Assembly: GCA_030704615.1 (NCBI GenBank)
Contig: CM060733.1
Span: 42,470,001 to 42,534,000 of the forward strand
DNA length: 64,000 nt
From: Takakia lepidozioides
Lineage: Eukaryota > Plantae > Bryophyta
Direction: 5' to 3'
The position numbers were made by a program, and so were the translations under genes. Under the pieces are notes generated by a model. It saw only the letters and a list, made by a program, of their open reading frames with translations. It made no database searches and had not been told where the DNA came from. Positions 35,244-48,630 of the stretch are shown here, piece after piece (position 1 is the stretch's first letter; each line of letters starts with the position of its first letter).

Positions 35244-36429
35244 ACCCTCTCCCACCAATCGGAACTACGTGACTGACATGTTGGTAGGTTGCATGATCCG
35301 TACTCTCTCTCATGATCCTCGAGTATGGCCCATCCGTCCGGACGTCCTTCTCAGAAATCGTCGCTAGTAGTGCGGAGCAACGCGAAGCCCTAGTAATTAA
35401 TTATTTCAAGGGTTTGGAGAAAGCGGCGGTTAGTGTGATGGTAAAGAGCATTTGTGACGAACGTGAGGTCTGCTGTTCAAATCTTGGCAGCTGAGATTGT
35501 AGTGGTAATGTGTGTCAATTATAAATATATATTTTGTTTGAGGAGGGTCTGAAGGTTGGAGTTAGGCGCTCGCCAGTTGGAGTCCAATGTTGGTCGGTCG
35601 GTCCGCTCGCCAATCGCCAGTTTGCTAGTCAGTCCGCTCGCCAGTTGGAGTCAGTCTGTTGAGGGTTTGGCCCGTCCGCTAGAAGGTCCACTACCGTTAA
35701 AGAGCTAGGACTTAGAAAAAATTTAGAATCTAGACCCGGTGAAAGGGGGTGGGTTCATGAGCTCACCCCCTGGGCCGTACTCGCAGGCCCATATGTGCAT
35801 TGAAGTCCCAATTATTAAAAAATGAGAGGAATAGTATAATTTGGTTCCGTGTATCATATATATATTTCGTTAGTGGACAAATTGGTGCACAGAATGGACG
35901 AATTCATTTGTAACTTCATGCCGTCAGATTCGTAATGATCCAATGGTGCGGATTGAGGGTTATGACTACCCTCGGGAGGGAGGCTAACATATGTGCTCGC
36001 ATAGTCCCTCTAGCTCTCTCGCTCTCAGATCGCTCTTTTCTGGTCTCCGATCTCTGATTGCTCGCCAAAGTTTCTCTTAGTGTTTGTGTCAGGTGAGGCG
36101 AGGTTTGCGCTGCACTGTCATATGATCTGGATGCGTTCATTCAGTAAGTCTTCGGACTTGTAGTGGTTGCAGCTTTACGCCTTTTCTCTGTAGCCCTTCC
36201 TCGCGTTGTGCTATTTTCAAGTGAATTTTGTGTGCTTTCTCTCTCGGTGCCTTTCGAAAACGTTGTCCGTCACTGCACCGGTTGGTTAAACCCTAATCAG
36301 CTCAAATTCCAATTTCAGGTCGTTCAGCATTGCGTTTGTAATTTCGATCGGAAGCATGGACTGGAAAGATACATTGAAGTCACTCATCCCAAATGGTAGG
36401 AAGAGGGCAAGAATCAAGCTGAAGCTGCT

Positions 36430-38777
36430 CCAGCAACGTATTCAAGCCATTCCAGGTTAGAAAATGATTATCAGGGAATCTTGCATACCATTCACTTGAT
36501 TTCTTGATAAGTGAACAAGGAAACAATCTCATCTTGGCATCATCGCCATTCTCATTGTTCACTATACACATGTGCTCAAATTGGCTAATGTGTACATCGG
36601 GATCCCCTTTTCCTGAATATATTGGAAAATGTGGTTTTTCCCGTGTTGGTTGTAACGCCATCTGTGGCCCTACCTTCTGCCCACTGACAGGTGCTGGCAC
36701 CCTTGCTGGTGCTGGGCCTTCTGGACCTGTTGTTTTTGTGGTGGATCTTCCACCAAGTGGTGGCCCTTGAGCACTCCCTGCTACTGGCCCACGATATTCA
36801 CAGTATTCCCAGCTTCAGTTGCACTACTTCTCACACTCCCTATCCCCCTAGAGCCAGATCCAGGCAGCCCGCCTGATCCCCCTGAGCCGACACCTTCGTT
36901 GGCCTGTGATCCAAGTGCTCCACTTGATCCAGGTCCAACGGGTTGGGATGACCTGGTTGTAGTCTCAACTCAGCTGTTGGGTCTACTTCTTCATACTCTT
37001 CCTCTTCCAATTTCTTCTCTCTGTTTTCATCCTCCAAGTTCTGCCCTTGGGTTCATGTAACTCAACTGCAATGGTGTTGGAGAGTCTGAACTCTCCGTTG
37101 GCTCTGCCACATCCTCTCCTCCTTCTTCACCTTCCGCTTCAGAAACTGGAGTTCCTGCTTTTGGTGTTCCATGCCAACTCTTATCAAAGATTATTGTCAA
37201 ATCTTTTATCCAGGGATGTACCTCAGATCTTTCACCTCATGATTGATCTTCTTCCCGTACCAATTCCCTTAATCTTTCTTGCAAAGAAACAGAAGGAGTG
37301 GCATCCAACTCTAGTTCTTCCGGTATGGGTGATGTACTCTCTGATCTTAATGGTGTGAGAAGTCCAGATGATTCCCCTATGTCTATTCCTCTCTCCCAAA
37401 GATATGGATAATTAGCTTTCAGATAGCTTTCTCTTTTTGCTGAATATCTCTGGCGTCTAGCTTCTCTTTCATCACTCATGTCCCATGTCTTTCATTTCTT
37501 TTTAATGTGGCAATAACCAAAACTCTCTTCTGTAGTATCTCTCGTATATGCCTGGGTTTCTTTCAAGCTTCAATGCACCCTTGGCTATACTTGAAGTCTC
37601 TGTTACCATATAACCATATGGCAAACAAGTCTGGAAAGCTGTTCTTGGTATGAGTTTGATCCACAAAATATCCTTTGGAATCCAATTCTTTACCAGTACA
37701 AGCTCTTCATGCATATGAGTATAAACATTCACCTTTCTTTCCTCCAAGCCTTCAAACTCTACTCGCTTAATGGATAGCAATGCTATCACATAAACCAATG
37801 TTGGTAACCAACGTGCTCTTCCTCTACAGGCCACCTGATAAATCTTTATCACCCCTTTCTCCAGGCCTCACTTAGGGTCAGCATCATGCACTCTCTTAAG
37901 AATGTTTTCTTTACAACCGTCTGGCAATTCCAAAAACCTCTGGAAGAATCGTTTGGACAATCTTTCCTTCTCAGTTTCACAAGGAATTTGATTCACATCA
38001 AATTCTTTAATTCTCCAACCACCATGATCCCACCAGATGCCTGTCACATCTGGTTATTCATGACCCAGTTCCCCAGTATGGTTGCCAAATGTCGCGCGGC
38101 TTTTACTCACCCATCCCTTCGCTATCCGAGGCGGAAACTCCAAGATAGAAGAGTTGGAAATCTCTAAGCACTCAGCCCGCTCAAAACAATCAGTCATGAC
38201 CTACAGCTAGTGTATCATGGGGGTGTTTCCTATTTGTTTTCCTTCCCGCATTCATGTTAGCTAGTTACCTTACTGTTGGTAATTAAGTATCAGTTTGCTT
38301 CAGCAATCTATCGGATTCCATCAACTCATCCATTCATTCCACAGCTTCACTCAGATCTCTCTACACAATGTGAGTATGAAGTGTGTATCAGATTAATATC
38401 TATCAAGTATCAGGCTGAAGCCAATGAGTCTCTAATCTGCTCTACATTACAATTCTACTGCTTGCATTCATTAAGCATCACAGATCAACCTCCTCCTACT
38501 CCGTGCTCTCCCTCTTTCTGCTCAGAGATACGCTCTCTGCCTCATTTTCCCCCAGTGATGTCCGAAGTCCCCCCAAGAAGTGCTCCCCCACTCCTTCCAG
38601 CAGTGATTCCCCAAGAAGTGATCCTTTTTCAGTCCTCGCTCCTCGCTTTATTTTCCTACCCGTTGTTCTAACCGTTTCCCTCACTAACCGTCACCCGTGA
38701 ACTAACATGTTCCATTCGCAGATGTTGTTCCCCACAGTCGTTCCCTGTCCTGCTATCCGTTCCCTATGGTCGTGACA
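36430..38777 (-). mobile_element. Gypsy 5' portion: LTR (38777-38090), PBS-like site and degenerate gag
   Basis: LTR bounded by TGTCACG..CGCGACA on the minus strand and followed by TTTGGCAACCATACTGGGG. gag motif FPIYSGKGDPDVHISQFE..MRLFPCSL..EWY. Confidence 0.88.
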
Positions 38778-38988
38778 GCTGTGTCAAGCTGTGACTAGCT
38801 GTGCGACTGTGTTGGACTGTGTCAGCTGTGTCGAGCTGTGACTGGCTGTGTCGGACTGTGACGGGCTGTGTTGGCTGTGACGAGCTGTGTTGGCTGTGAC
38901 GGGCTGTGTCGGACTGTGACGAGCTGTGTTGGCTGTGACGGGCTGTGTCGGACTGTGACGAGCTGTGTTGGCTGTGACGGGCTGTGTA
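38778..38988. repeat. Simple tandem repeat of GCTGTG(A/T)CG-like 9-10-mers with a ~39-bp higher-order unit
   Basis: gctgtgtcggactgtgacgagctgtgttggctgtgacgg repeated. Confidence 0.9.
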
Positions 38989-39107
38989 ACCCCCCTAAAG
39001 TGCGCTGTTGTCACCCCTAAGGCTCCTGTTGGTCTCAGTCTGTGCAAAAATTAAGGGTACCCCACATATCCCGTAAAAGTGTCTAAGTCCCAGACAGTCC
39101 TCTAACA

Positions 39108-40151
39108 CTTTCATCTCGCAGATTGCAATCGTCATGAGCCTCTTGGAGTGATAGTCATAAACATGCGCACCCATAGTCACCCACTGATGGTTTGTAATTC
39201 GCTTGATGTGATCAAACATCACCCAATCATTTGACAAGTTTCCAGTTGTCATGCGAGTGACCAAGTCGACTCCACTCCTAGGCCCACACGTCGACATTTT
39301 AAAAATGTAACAACGATCGGATTTGTTGCCTTGCCCTGCAAACCTGCTACCTTGGATGTAGTCATATCCAGTCATTCGTTTCACCTCCATGTCTGACCCC
39401 CGACCGAATTTCTGCTTGCAAGATACGATGTGATTCCGCACATTCGGACTACAAACGTGCGAGACGGACTCGAACAGGTCAACCATCTCCTCTTCGTTCA
39501 AGGGCACTCGGTCTGAACCATCTTCAGACATGATTTTGCTAAGAGCAATCTTGTGGGCTGCCTTCAGCTGAATCTACTTTGGTCTGGCTCCAGGGCTCAA
39601 TTTCACCTCCTCTTTTATGATGTCGTGTGCTTCCAGCACAGCCTCACGCATGTTGCCTCTCGCCAAGGGGTGACAGTGGACCCCAACGTGTATGCAAGCT
39701 CTAGTCAAGTCCGGGAGCAAATGGATTATATAATATTGCTTGGCTCTGCACATGGACATGCACATCGGTGGTTCTTTGCAATGTGCGCACTTGAAAGAAC
39801 CCATAGGAGCTTGGCTGAAGACAATGAATGGATGATGCGTTGTGCCAGACCAATCCGTCTCGTTTCTCCGCCCTCCATTGGAGAGAAAGTGGAAGCAAGC
39901 GGGATTGAGGCACCTCAGCTTCCCCGCACAGAGGACGTATTGTACACGAACACCATCAGCAATTTTCATGCTACTGGTCTTCGTCACACCAGGGGTGTCC
40001 GTCATGCTTTCAATCCATGTCTGTTAACATCCCTTAGGCTTTGTTTGACAAAGTAACAGGTGGAAACTTGAAGATGACATTGCCATCGACTTTGGGAGGC
40101 AGATACGTTACCTTCCTGACAGGAAATTTGGCATAGTTGAGAGCAGCCAGC
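39108..40151 (-). mobile_element. MULE-like transposase fragment (GCM-like Zn domain + start of DDE domain), degenerate
   Basis: KHDGHPW..CAGKLRC..C..CAHC..C..HVGVHCH, then WVMFDHIKR..WVTMGAHVYD..TIAICEM. Paralogous to 49775-51142. Confidence 0.7.
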
Positions 40152-40775
40152 TGTCGAACGGCTTTTACTCACCCATCCCTTCGCTATTCGAGGTGGAAAC
40201 TCCAAGATAGAAGAGTTGGATATTTCTAAGCACTCAGCCCGCTCAGTACAATCAGTCATGACCTACAGCTAGTGAATCATGGTTGTGCTTCCCATTTGTA
40301 TTCCTTCTTGTCTTCATGTTATCAATTCACCTTATCTGATACTGAAGCATCAGATTGCTTCAGTATCTACTTAATTCCAATTAATCATGCATTCATTTCA
40401 CAGCTTCACTCATGTCACTCTACACAGTGTGCTTGTATCGAATAAGTATCAGATTATGATTTATCAGGTACAATGTCAAGGTGACTCTAATCCGCCCTAC
40501 AGTATCACTACAGCTCTGCATGTAATAAGCATCTACTGTTCATCTCTCCTCCTTCTCCGTGCTCTCGTTCTTGCTCTCCGCCTGATCTCCTCCCCTCCAT
40601 GACCAAGAAGCGCTCTCCGTGAAGTGTCCCCTCTTTCCGTTGCCGCTCCCCTTATCTGCCCGCAAGTTGTTCTAACCACCTAACTAATTAACCGTCATCC
40701 CTGTAGTAACACGTTCCTTTTGCAGATGTCGTTCCCTTATAGTCGTTCCCTGCCTACACTCACCAGCAATCGAGA
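40152..40775 (-). mobile_element. Diverged solo LTR, same family as 38090-38777
   Basis: Begins tgtcgaacggcttttactcacccatcccttcgcta and aligns along its length with 38090-38760. Right end approximate; no TSD found. Confidence 0.8.
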
Positions 40776-42408
40776 ACTTGACTCCACCTCGATAATCTCG
40801 AGCTTAAATTTGCAGCTGCATGACCAGACAGGAAAAATTATGTACTTCTTGTAGCACATGCACCTCAATCTTCTGGTCCTTACTGCAAAATCTAAGCCTA
40901 TGCTAGATCTCAACTGTAATTTACACTTATGCGGATTATCAATCCATCTCAACACAAAACAGTCCCTGCAATAACAATGAAAGCATGAGTGTGCCCTCTC
41001 CTCAAGAGACATAAGCTCGTAGTATTTGCATATCATAGAAGAAGTCATCACAAACAGATCAGTGTGCTATGAATGAGTGGCTTCGGTGCTTGCACCTCAA
41101 TTTAAAATAACAACTTGAAGGCACGTTATTGATGGGCTGTTGTAATCGCAGCTAATTTTCTGCAACTGAAAATGGCTGCACATGGTGGCTGACATGCTGA
41201 TTACCATCTACATGCTCAAAAGCCGATGATGGTGCTCTTTACCTATAGAATAACCAATCAGTGTTCTTCTATGTTATATCTCATAACTCACCATTGCGGC
41301 GTTGCGGCCCCTTAACGAGAGCCGTCGCTTTCCAATTCGTAACTTCAGGGGAACAAGGAAAGGCATAATGGATGCTCTATTTTGAGGGTATGTCTTTATG
41401 GAATCTAACTACTATGGAGGTGCATTAACACTATGAAGAGTAGGATGTCATAACAAATAACCATTTAACACTCTTGACATGGTAGTGTATTTTTTTATAG
41501 AGTATCAAAACCATAACATTTAACAGAAGGAGGCCTTATAATGCGCTATGTTGATCGGGGGAGCTGGGCTGCAATCCCCTGAGATTCTACATAAAACTGT
41601 TAACAGCTCAAAACATGCGCACAATTTCGGCGAGAGCTTTATATCCTCTAAAGATGGTACTCAAGAAATCGTAAAGGTTTGAACAACACTACTGATTCGC
41701 AGGTCACATGCATCAAAGTACTGAAGAGAGAACAAAAACTCATTCTTCACATTGGTAGCAAACCCTACAAACTTACACTCACCAGACTCCCTCCTTGACG
41801 CACTATCTGACACCCTAAACCATCAACCATGGTTTCCATAACCAACAATCCCACAAAGAAAGTAGGATGCGAAGACAAACACAACACTGTTCAACCAAGA
41901 AGCAAGAGACGTAACAAAAATCAGATGAAGATTTGAAACCCGACATGGACCCTAAACCCTAAACCCTAAACTTTATTATACATCCAAGTACTTGGGGTTC
42001 ATACATCCATTGAGACTACGAGGAGATAGATGACGTCCACCGAATCACAGGGATGAAAATTGAATGGATGTGTCCCTACGGATGATAAAGTGAGTTCGTT
42101 CCTAACGAAGCCTGTGCAGCGAGTATAATCCTTTCCCACTTTTTTCATCCTCTCTTTGCGCTCTTCATTTCTTCCTAGTCCGCTTGTGAGAAAGGGTCCA
42201 TTGCGTGTTACACTGGAGCTCCGAGGAGGATTTTGAGAATGTCTCTAAATCAGTCTGCTGTTTGCTGTGAATGTAGCCACAGAGGACACAACAAAGAACC
42301 AAAAAGACCACCCAGAAGGTTTGAGTCTAAACAAGACTTCAGCTCCCTAATAAACCGCCAAGAACACCTCAGCTTCCCGAAGTTCTGCATCTTTTACTAG
42401 ACTACATA

Positions 42409-45400
42409 TCATGTATCAAGCAACTCCAGACACTCTGCTGCAGTTGGCCTTTGGTCTGGCACCTGATGCTTGCATTTCTCCATCAAACCCAAAAGCTTCG
42501 CATCCAGAATAATATTTGAAGTAGACAAAAGGTACCCAATGCCCCAGATGTCAACCATGGTATCATGAGGCCCAACTGTCATCTCTGGAGCATGTGAATT
42601 GGAATCTAGACGGTGGAGCTTGAAGCACTGATCGGTCTTTATTGCCTCATCAAGATCCACTAGTACCCATTTCTCAGCATTATTCCTGTCGCGAAGAACA
42701 TTTTCCCACCTGATGTCTCTGTGCGCGAGTCCTTTTCTGTGCAACCACTGCAGTGCTTCACACAAACATCGGAGACAGGTCATCAGTTCGTCATGGTTCT
42801 TTGGTTTTGTAACCACAGCCCTCTGCACCACAATAGTTCGGTCTGAATCCCTTCTATGCAAAAAAAGTTCCACATTTGGACAAGATGTCGTCGCCTCATA
42901 GATGGCTACAACTTCCCTGTAGAAAGCCTCATTTGGATAGGACTTCTCTACCTTCCTCCCACATGGACGAATAACTTTTCCACTGTTCCTCCGTATGAGA
43001 GGCATATCCGACACTTCATCCTTTCCTTCGCAAACCTCTTCCATTGTTTTCAGCAACTTCGCCATAGTTATGCAGGCCAGTACAAGCTTAAGTCGTTCCT
43101 TTGCATTTGATATATTGAATTGAATGAGATCACGGCACATGTTCATGGATCCTCCATGTGGATCCACAACCACATATAGCACACAGAATGTCACTAGGGC
43201 TGCCCTCGCATAGTACGCCATGAGAAAGGGGAGATGTTTATACGTCCAGTCCAATTTCGAAATCAATTCCTTTCTTGGATCACCAGCAGTTGTAGGGCCT
43301 TTCTCTTCCCCTCTCCACAAAGCATAGAACCGGAAACCAAACCTAACGACCTTGTCGGGCCTTGTTCCACTATTACTCCCTTCACCAGACTTGTTTCGCT
43401 CTGCCAGCCAAGGGCCATCAAAGAAAAACTTAAGTGATTCATCAATAACAGTGTCCCAAAGGTAGTGAAAAGAATCTTCTGTATCAGCAGTGGGTGCAGG
43501 CATTGGAGGGTCCACAATAGCATTCACAAGTGGAACAATCTTATAACACTCTTCATCAGGTCCAGCTAGTTTGAACAACTTGTCCCTGTTCGTCGGCAAA
43601 GAGTTCCACATATTCAAAGAAACGGGAAATCGTAAGCCATCCTTCAATTCCATTTCCAACAATCCCCGCAGCTCATCCACTTCACAAAGTTGCACACGCT
43701 GCTCAACTATGTCCTTCCGAATGGATAAAGTATTGTCAACTCTGGGGGTACCTGACGAAGGAATGGGTTAGAAGACAAGCTGCTCATTGGCATTTGAGAA
43801 CTAATATTATCATTTCCTCTTCAAAAGGAGCAAATGATCTGGTGATGACATACTCGAAGTACGTGAACCTCACTATCAGCAAACTCAGGCCGCAGAGCCC
43901 TGAGAAACTCAGACCACCACAAGGATCAGGTGCTTGTAAAAACAAAACAAGATTTCAACATAGTGGAACATGCACTGAAATGACAAAATAAAATGTCCAA
44001 GGTGCTGGATTGGACATCAACATGCGACAGTTGCATCACGTGATGCACTAGCTTGACACCTTGATGGGTGAACACAGCGAAGAAACTTACACCACACCTA
44101 GTTGCCAAGAGAGCGCAACCCTGAGTGCACATCCAGAATTCCACATCTAAATAACAAGCAACCGTGTCTGCCAAGGACTCACCCAGGAACAAGAATTGCT
44201 AACACTTTCTAGTCCACTTTTTACCCTCCCACACTTTACACAGTCACTTCAAGATCTCTCCTCTTGCCCATGGTGATACAAGGAGGGAGGTAGAAGGTGC
44301 TGTAGATTCTTGGGAGAGCGTTGCCACTTCTGCTGCTGATAGAGTCATGGAAGGAAACTAATTATCTGTGGTAGAGCAGTAAATTGGTGGACCCATGAGA
44401 TCAAGCTCAAGATTGCTGAGAGGCAGGCGCTCTATAAGGACTGCTGTAATATCAAAGATGAAAAAAATGCTCTGGTCTAGATACTACCAACTGCGTAAAG
44501 AGGTCAATCAGCTTGTAAGGGATCAGAAGAGGCTTTACTGGGAGAAGTTGTACGGTGACATAAACTTAACCCACCATGGTCATATTGACAAAAGATTCTG
44601 GTTGGCCTTACAGCCAATCATCATAACACCAACAATTGCACAACCAATACATGTACCCTACCTGGATCTTGGCAAGAACCACAACAGTGACAGCCAATGT
44701 ATATAGACTGGGAAAACGTAACACACCGAAGAGAAAAGAAGACAAGAACGCAGAACACTTTAAACCTGCCCTCATCTGCCGCAATCTGACCGACCTTAAG
44801 AAAATAATAGTCCTCTAAGTCTGGAAAACTTGGACATTCAAAGAGCTAGCAAAACACATTTTAGCACGAAACCCTAACAGCTCCGGAAGAATCTCGCCTA
44901 CACGGTCCTAAAGCATACCTGCATGAGTATGTGGGCTCGTAGAACAACAGGTCATAGTCAAGCAAAGATTCTGAAGTCAAGGTGCCAAGAATCTACATAA
45001 CCTGGGCCCACGGTAAGGTGTGGCTAACATGCAGTAATGAACTATAGTGCTGCGGTGCACACTTGCGACGGCAATAGAATTATTGATTTGCATTGTCATT
45101 GGGTGTCTAGATCAGGGCAAGTATGAAAATAAAGTTACCCCACCTTCAAAGGCGTTAACCGCACGTCACTTCCCTAACACTAGCCAAAGCTAAGAAACAA
45201 ACTAATCATGAAGAATCGTCCCTTTTCTTTCCACTATTGTTCTATTGTTGTTCTATCTTGAATCTGAGCAGATTCCATCCTATGGAATAAATAAATTATT
45301 TGCAAACCCTAAGCACTTGACCTTCTGTCCTTCCACTGCTTACACTACTCGAACTCAAGACAGAAAAACAAAGAAAAGCAACAAAAGCAAGAGAGAAGGT

Positions 45401-48400
45401 ATAGAAAAGCATGATCAATCACAGACCATACTGAAATGCAGAGATTCCTTACAATCCAATCCAATCTTGAATCTGAGAAGATTCCATCCTACGAAATAAA
45501 TAAATTATTTGCAAACCTTAAGCACCTTTCATTGACTGCTTAAACTACTCGAACTTATGACAGAAAAACAAAGAAAAACAACAAAAGCAGGAAGAAAAGC
45601 AAAACCCTGCTACCTGCTGTAGGTGCTACAAAAGCTTGAGAAGTATCCCCACAACAGCCAACCCATGTTGTTGCGTTGCATCTATCATGTAGTGCACAAC
45701 CAGAATTCCACATATAAATAACAAACAACCGTGTCTTTCAAAGGACCCCCCTCATATTTTACTTGTTAACATGGATCTATCGAATGAATAAACTGCATGT
45801 GTCAACCGTACACAGGATCACACACGGGATTGGGAGAAGCTGTTGAAACCCTGAGTGCACAACGCAGCCAAGAAACCAAAAAAATTGCAAACACTTGACT
45901 CCAAGCTACGCATTGAACGAATCATTGAACAAATCAGCAACTGCAGCAGGTTCAACAATCAACTGCCCAATTGTCTTGCGAGAATTCAAATGTGCCTGCC
46001 CATCATCAGAATTGCAGACATAAAATCAAACGGGCTCAGACTGCCCTAGGCAACCCATCGACATTCACCAGACTCTCTCCATGACGCACTATCTGACACC
46101 CTAGCTAATGGGTGAACTCTGTCACAGAAGGTTCTGCAGCCAAGGCGGTTTTGGTTAACTCACATAAGTCACCAACAACCACATTCTGTCATCGACCAAT
46201 TAACAGCTCAAAACATGCGCACAAATTCGGCTAGAGCTTTCTATCTTCTGAAGATGGTACTCAAGAAATCGTAAAGGTTTGAACAACACTACTGATTCGC
46301 AGGTCACATGCATCAAAGTACTGAAGAGAGAACAGAAACTCATTCTTCACACATTGGTAGCAAACCCTACAAACTTACACTCACCAGACTCCCTCCTTGA
46401 CGCACTATCTGACACCCTAAACATCAACCATGGTTTCCATAACCAACAATCCCACAAAGAAAGTAGCCTGCGAAGACAGACACAACACCGTTCAACCAAG
46501 AAGCAAGAGACGTAACAAAAATCGGATGAAGATTTGAAACCCTAACCCTGTACATACTCTTGGGATGCCATTGAGCCCGTCCAAAACTGTTGCGGTTATG
46601 GTTATGGATGCAAAAAATCCAAGAGAGCTCCAGAGACACAAAGGAAGACTCCCTCTCCCTCACAATAAAAATAGAAGTGGATGCGAGGACGGCAATCACT
46701 CACAAGTGAACTACCAAAATGACGGTTTAGAGTTAGGGGTTCAGGCCACACAACACTTTAAACCTGCCATCATCTGCCGCAATCTGACCGACCACTGCGC
46801 TTCAAGAGATTCAGAAGGGCTTGCCCTCTGACCTTGCCCGAAAAGTGCCCACAAAGGTTCACGGCCAGACATTTCCAAGAAGCAGTGCAATGCAGCAAGC
46901 TCAACAAAATGGCAACTCAAAACCATAGAACATGATCCGGCAACTTTTTCTTCAGCCATTCTCTGAGGGTAGGAGGCGGTGCCCGCAGCAATCTATCAAC
47001 CAACAAAATGACTAGGAATATAAATTGGACGCTGCCATACGCTGGCTCTTATCAGACTGCTCGACAGCTCTATGAGCAGCCTGATTAGCATCGTTCTAGA
47101 AAATACATTCTAGAGAATTACCCTGGGTGATGCCTACCTGCAGGATATTGCAGGGAAAGGAAACAAAGAGAACTCATTCATTCATCAGGAGTAACTACAG
47201 ATAACCAGATAAGGAAAAACTTAAGTAATCTGCTGTAGAGCCATATAAATAACAAACAACCGTGTCTTTCAAAGGACCCTCCTCATATATTACTTGTTAA
47301 CATGGATCTATCGAATGAATAAACTGCGTGTATCAACCGTACACAGGATCACACACGGGATTGGGAGAAGCTGTTGAAACCCTGAGTGCACAACGCAGCC
47401 AAGAAACCAAAAAAATTGCAAACACTTGACTCCAAGCTATGCATTGAACAAATCAGCAACTGCAGCGGTTTCAACAATCAACTGCCCAATTGTCTTGCAA
47501 GAATTCAAATGTGCCTGCCCATCACCAGAATTGCAGACATAAAAACAAACGGGCTCAGTCTGCCCTAGGCAACCCATCGACATTCACCAGACTCTCTCCA
47601 TGACACACTATCTGACACCCTAGCTAATGGGTGAACACTGTCACAGAAGGTTCTGCACCTGACGAAGGAATGCGTTAGAAGACAAGCTGCTCATTGGCAT
47701 TTGAGATCATAATCAACCAAGGATTCTGAAGTCATACCTAATATTATCATTTCCTCTTCAAAAGGAGCAAATGATCCGGTGACGACAAACTCTAAACCCT
47801 AACCCTGACCAGGTTAGGACATCTTTTCTTCTCACAAGATCTGAGACTAAAACCCTGTTTGCAGTGATGTTGTGTGCTGAGTTTTATGAGCTGGTTAAAA
47901 AATTAAAGAAGGACATTATGCGATTGAAATGACTCTATATCTACCTCACACCAATATGCTACTTGTTGATCAATCTCTGATTGCTCCAAAAGAATTGGAG
48001 GCCCAAATTAAGACCATGTGATTCACTCTGCTTGAAATATCCAGTCTAATCCTGCTCTACTGGCACATGTCAGAGCGAGTTTCCTCCTACAATCCCATCA
48101 ATGTTCTCCTTTTTCTTAGAGACCTCCTCTTTCTTAGTTATCTCTGCCCTTCTCTTGTCGCTTCCTTCTCACAAGGGGGTTGCTAATAGAAGTGATAGTG
48201 ATCGTTTGTGGACTTTTGAATTTTAAGAATTACTGATACTTGTAGCGTGAAATAAACAAACCCTAGCTATCAAAAGTATCAAGAAAAGATCCCAGCATCA
48301 GCAGCGGTATTCGAAGAAAAAAATTGAACGAAAAAACAGTCTTCATGCTAAGAAAACCCTAAAACGTCATAACCTCCGAATTAGACCAAACGCACCTGTG

Positions 48401-48630
48401 GTGGCTTCAGATTGGGCGAATGTCTTGAGGAGAACGGCCACTTTACCAGGTCGTCCAGGAAGAGTGCTCATCAAGGATTCCCTATCGCCTGCTTTAAGAT
48501 CAGTTTCTGATTCAAATCCCGCATCCACCAATCTCTTGATGTCGGTATCACTGAACTTCGAACCTAGACATTTCGCCTGCAAGAGTTGGCGGAGGTCTCC
48601 GTAGGCGTCAACCACCTCCATGTCCTCCAT
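42409..48630 (-). CDS. Crinkler/CR-type effector-like gene 3: SAM-like header exon (48630-48396) + REase-fold/protein kinase exon (43751-42409)
   Basis: TEDSFHYLWD..RPD..RGEEK (PD-(D/E)xK), then HRDIRWEN, VDLD, HAPE and DIWGIG (CRN8-like kinase). Phase-1 ACAG|GTGCG donor and in-frame phase-1 CGTCAG|GT acceptor. Confidence 0.8.
44225..47806. repeat. Mosaic intron built from modules shared with the other CR genes
   Basis: 44225-44815 ~ 8490-9080; 44816-45478 ~ 28654-29320; 45720-46100 and 47250-47620 ~ 27689-28070; 46200-46545 ~ 41598-41940; 47658-47790 ~ 43751-43850. Confidence 0.9.

Noticed and set aside
38784-39047. 87-aa repetitive ORF
   Set aside because: Translation of a simple tandem repeat.
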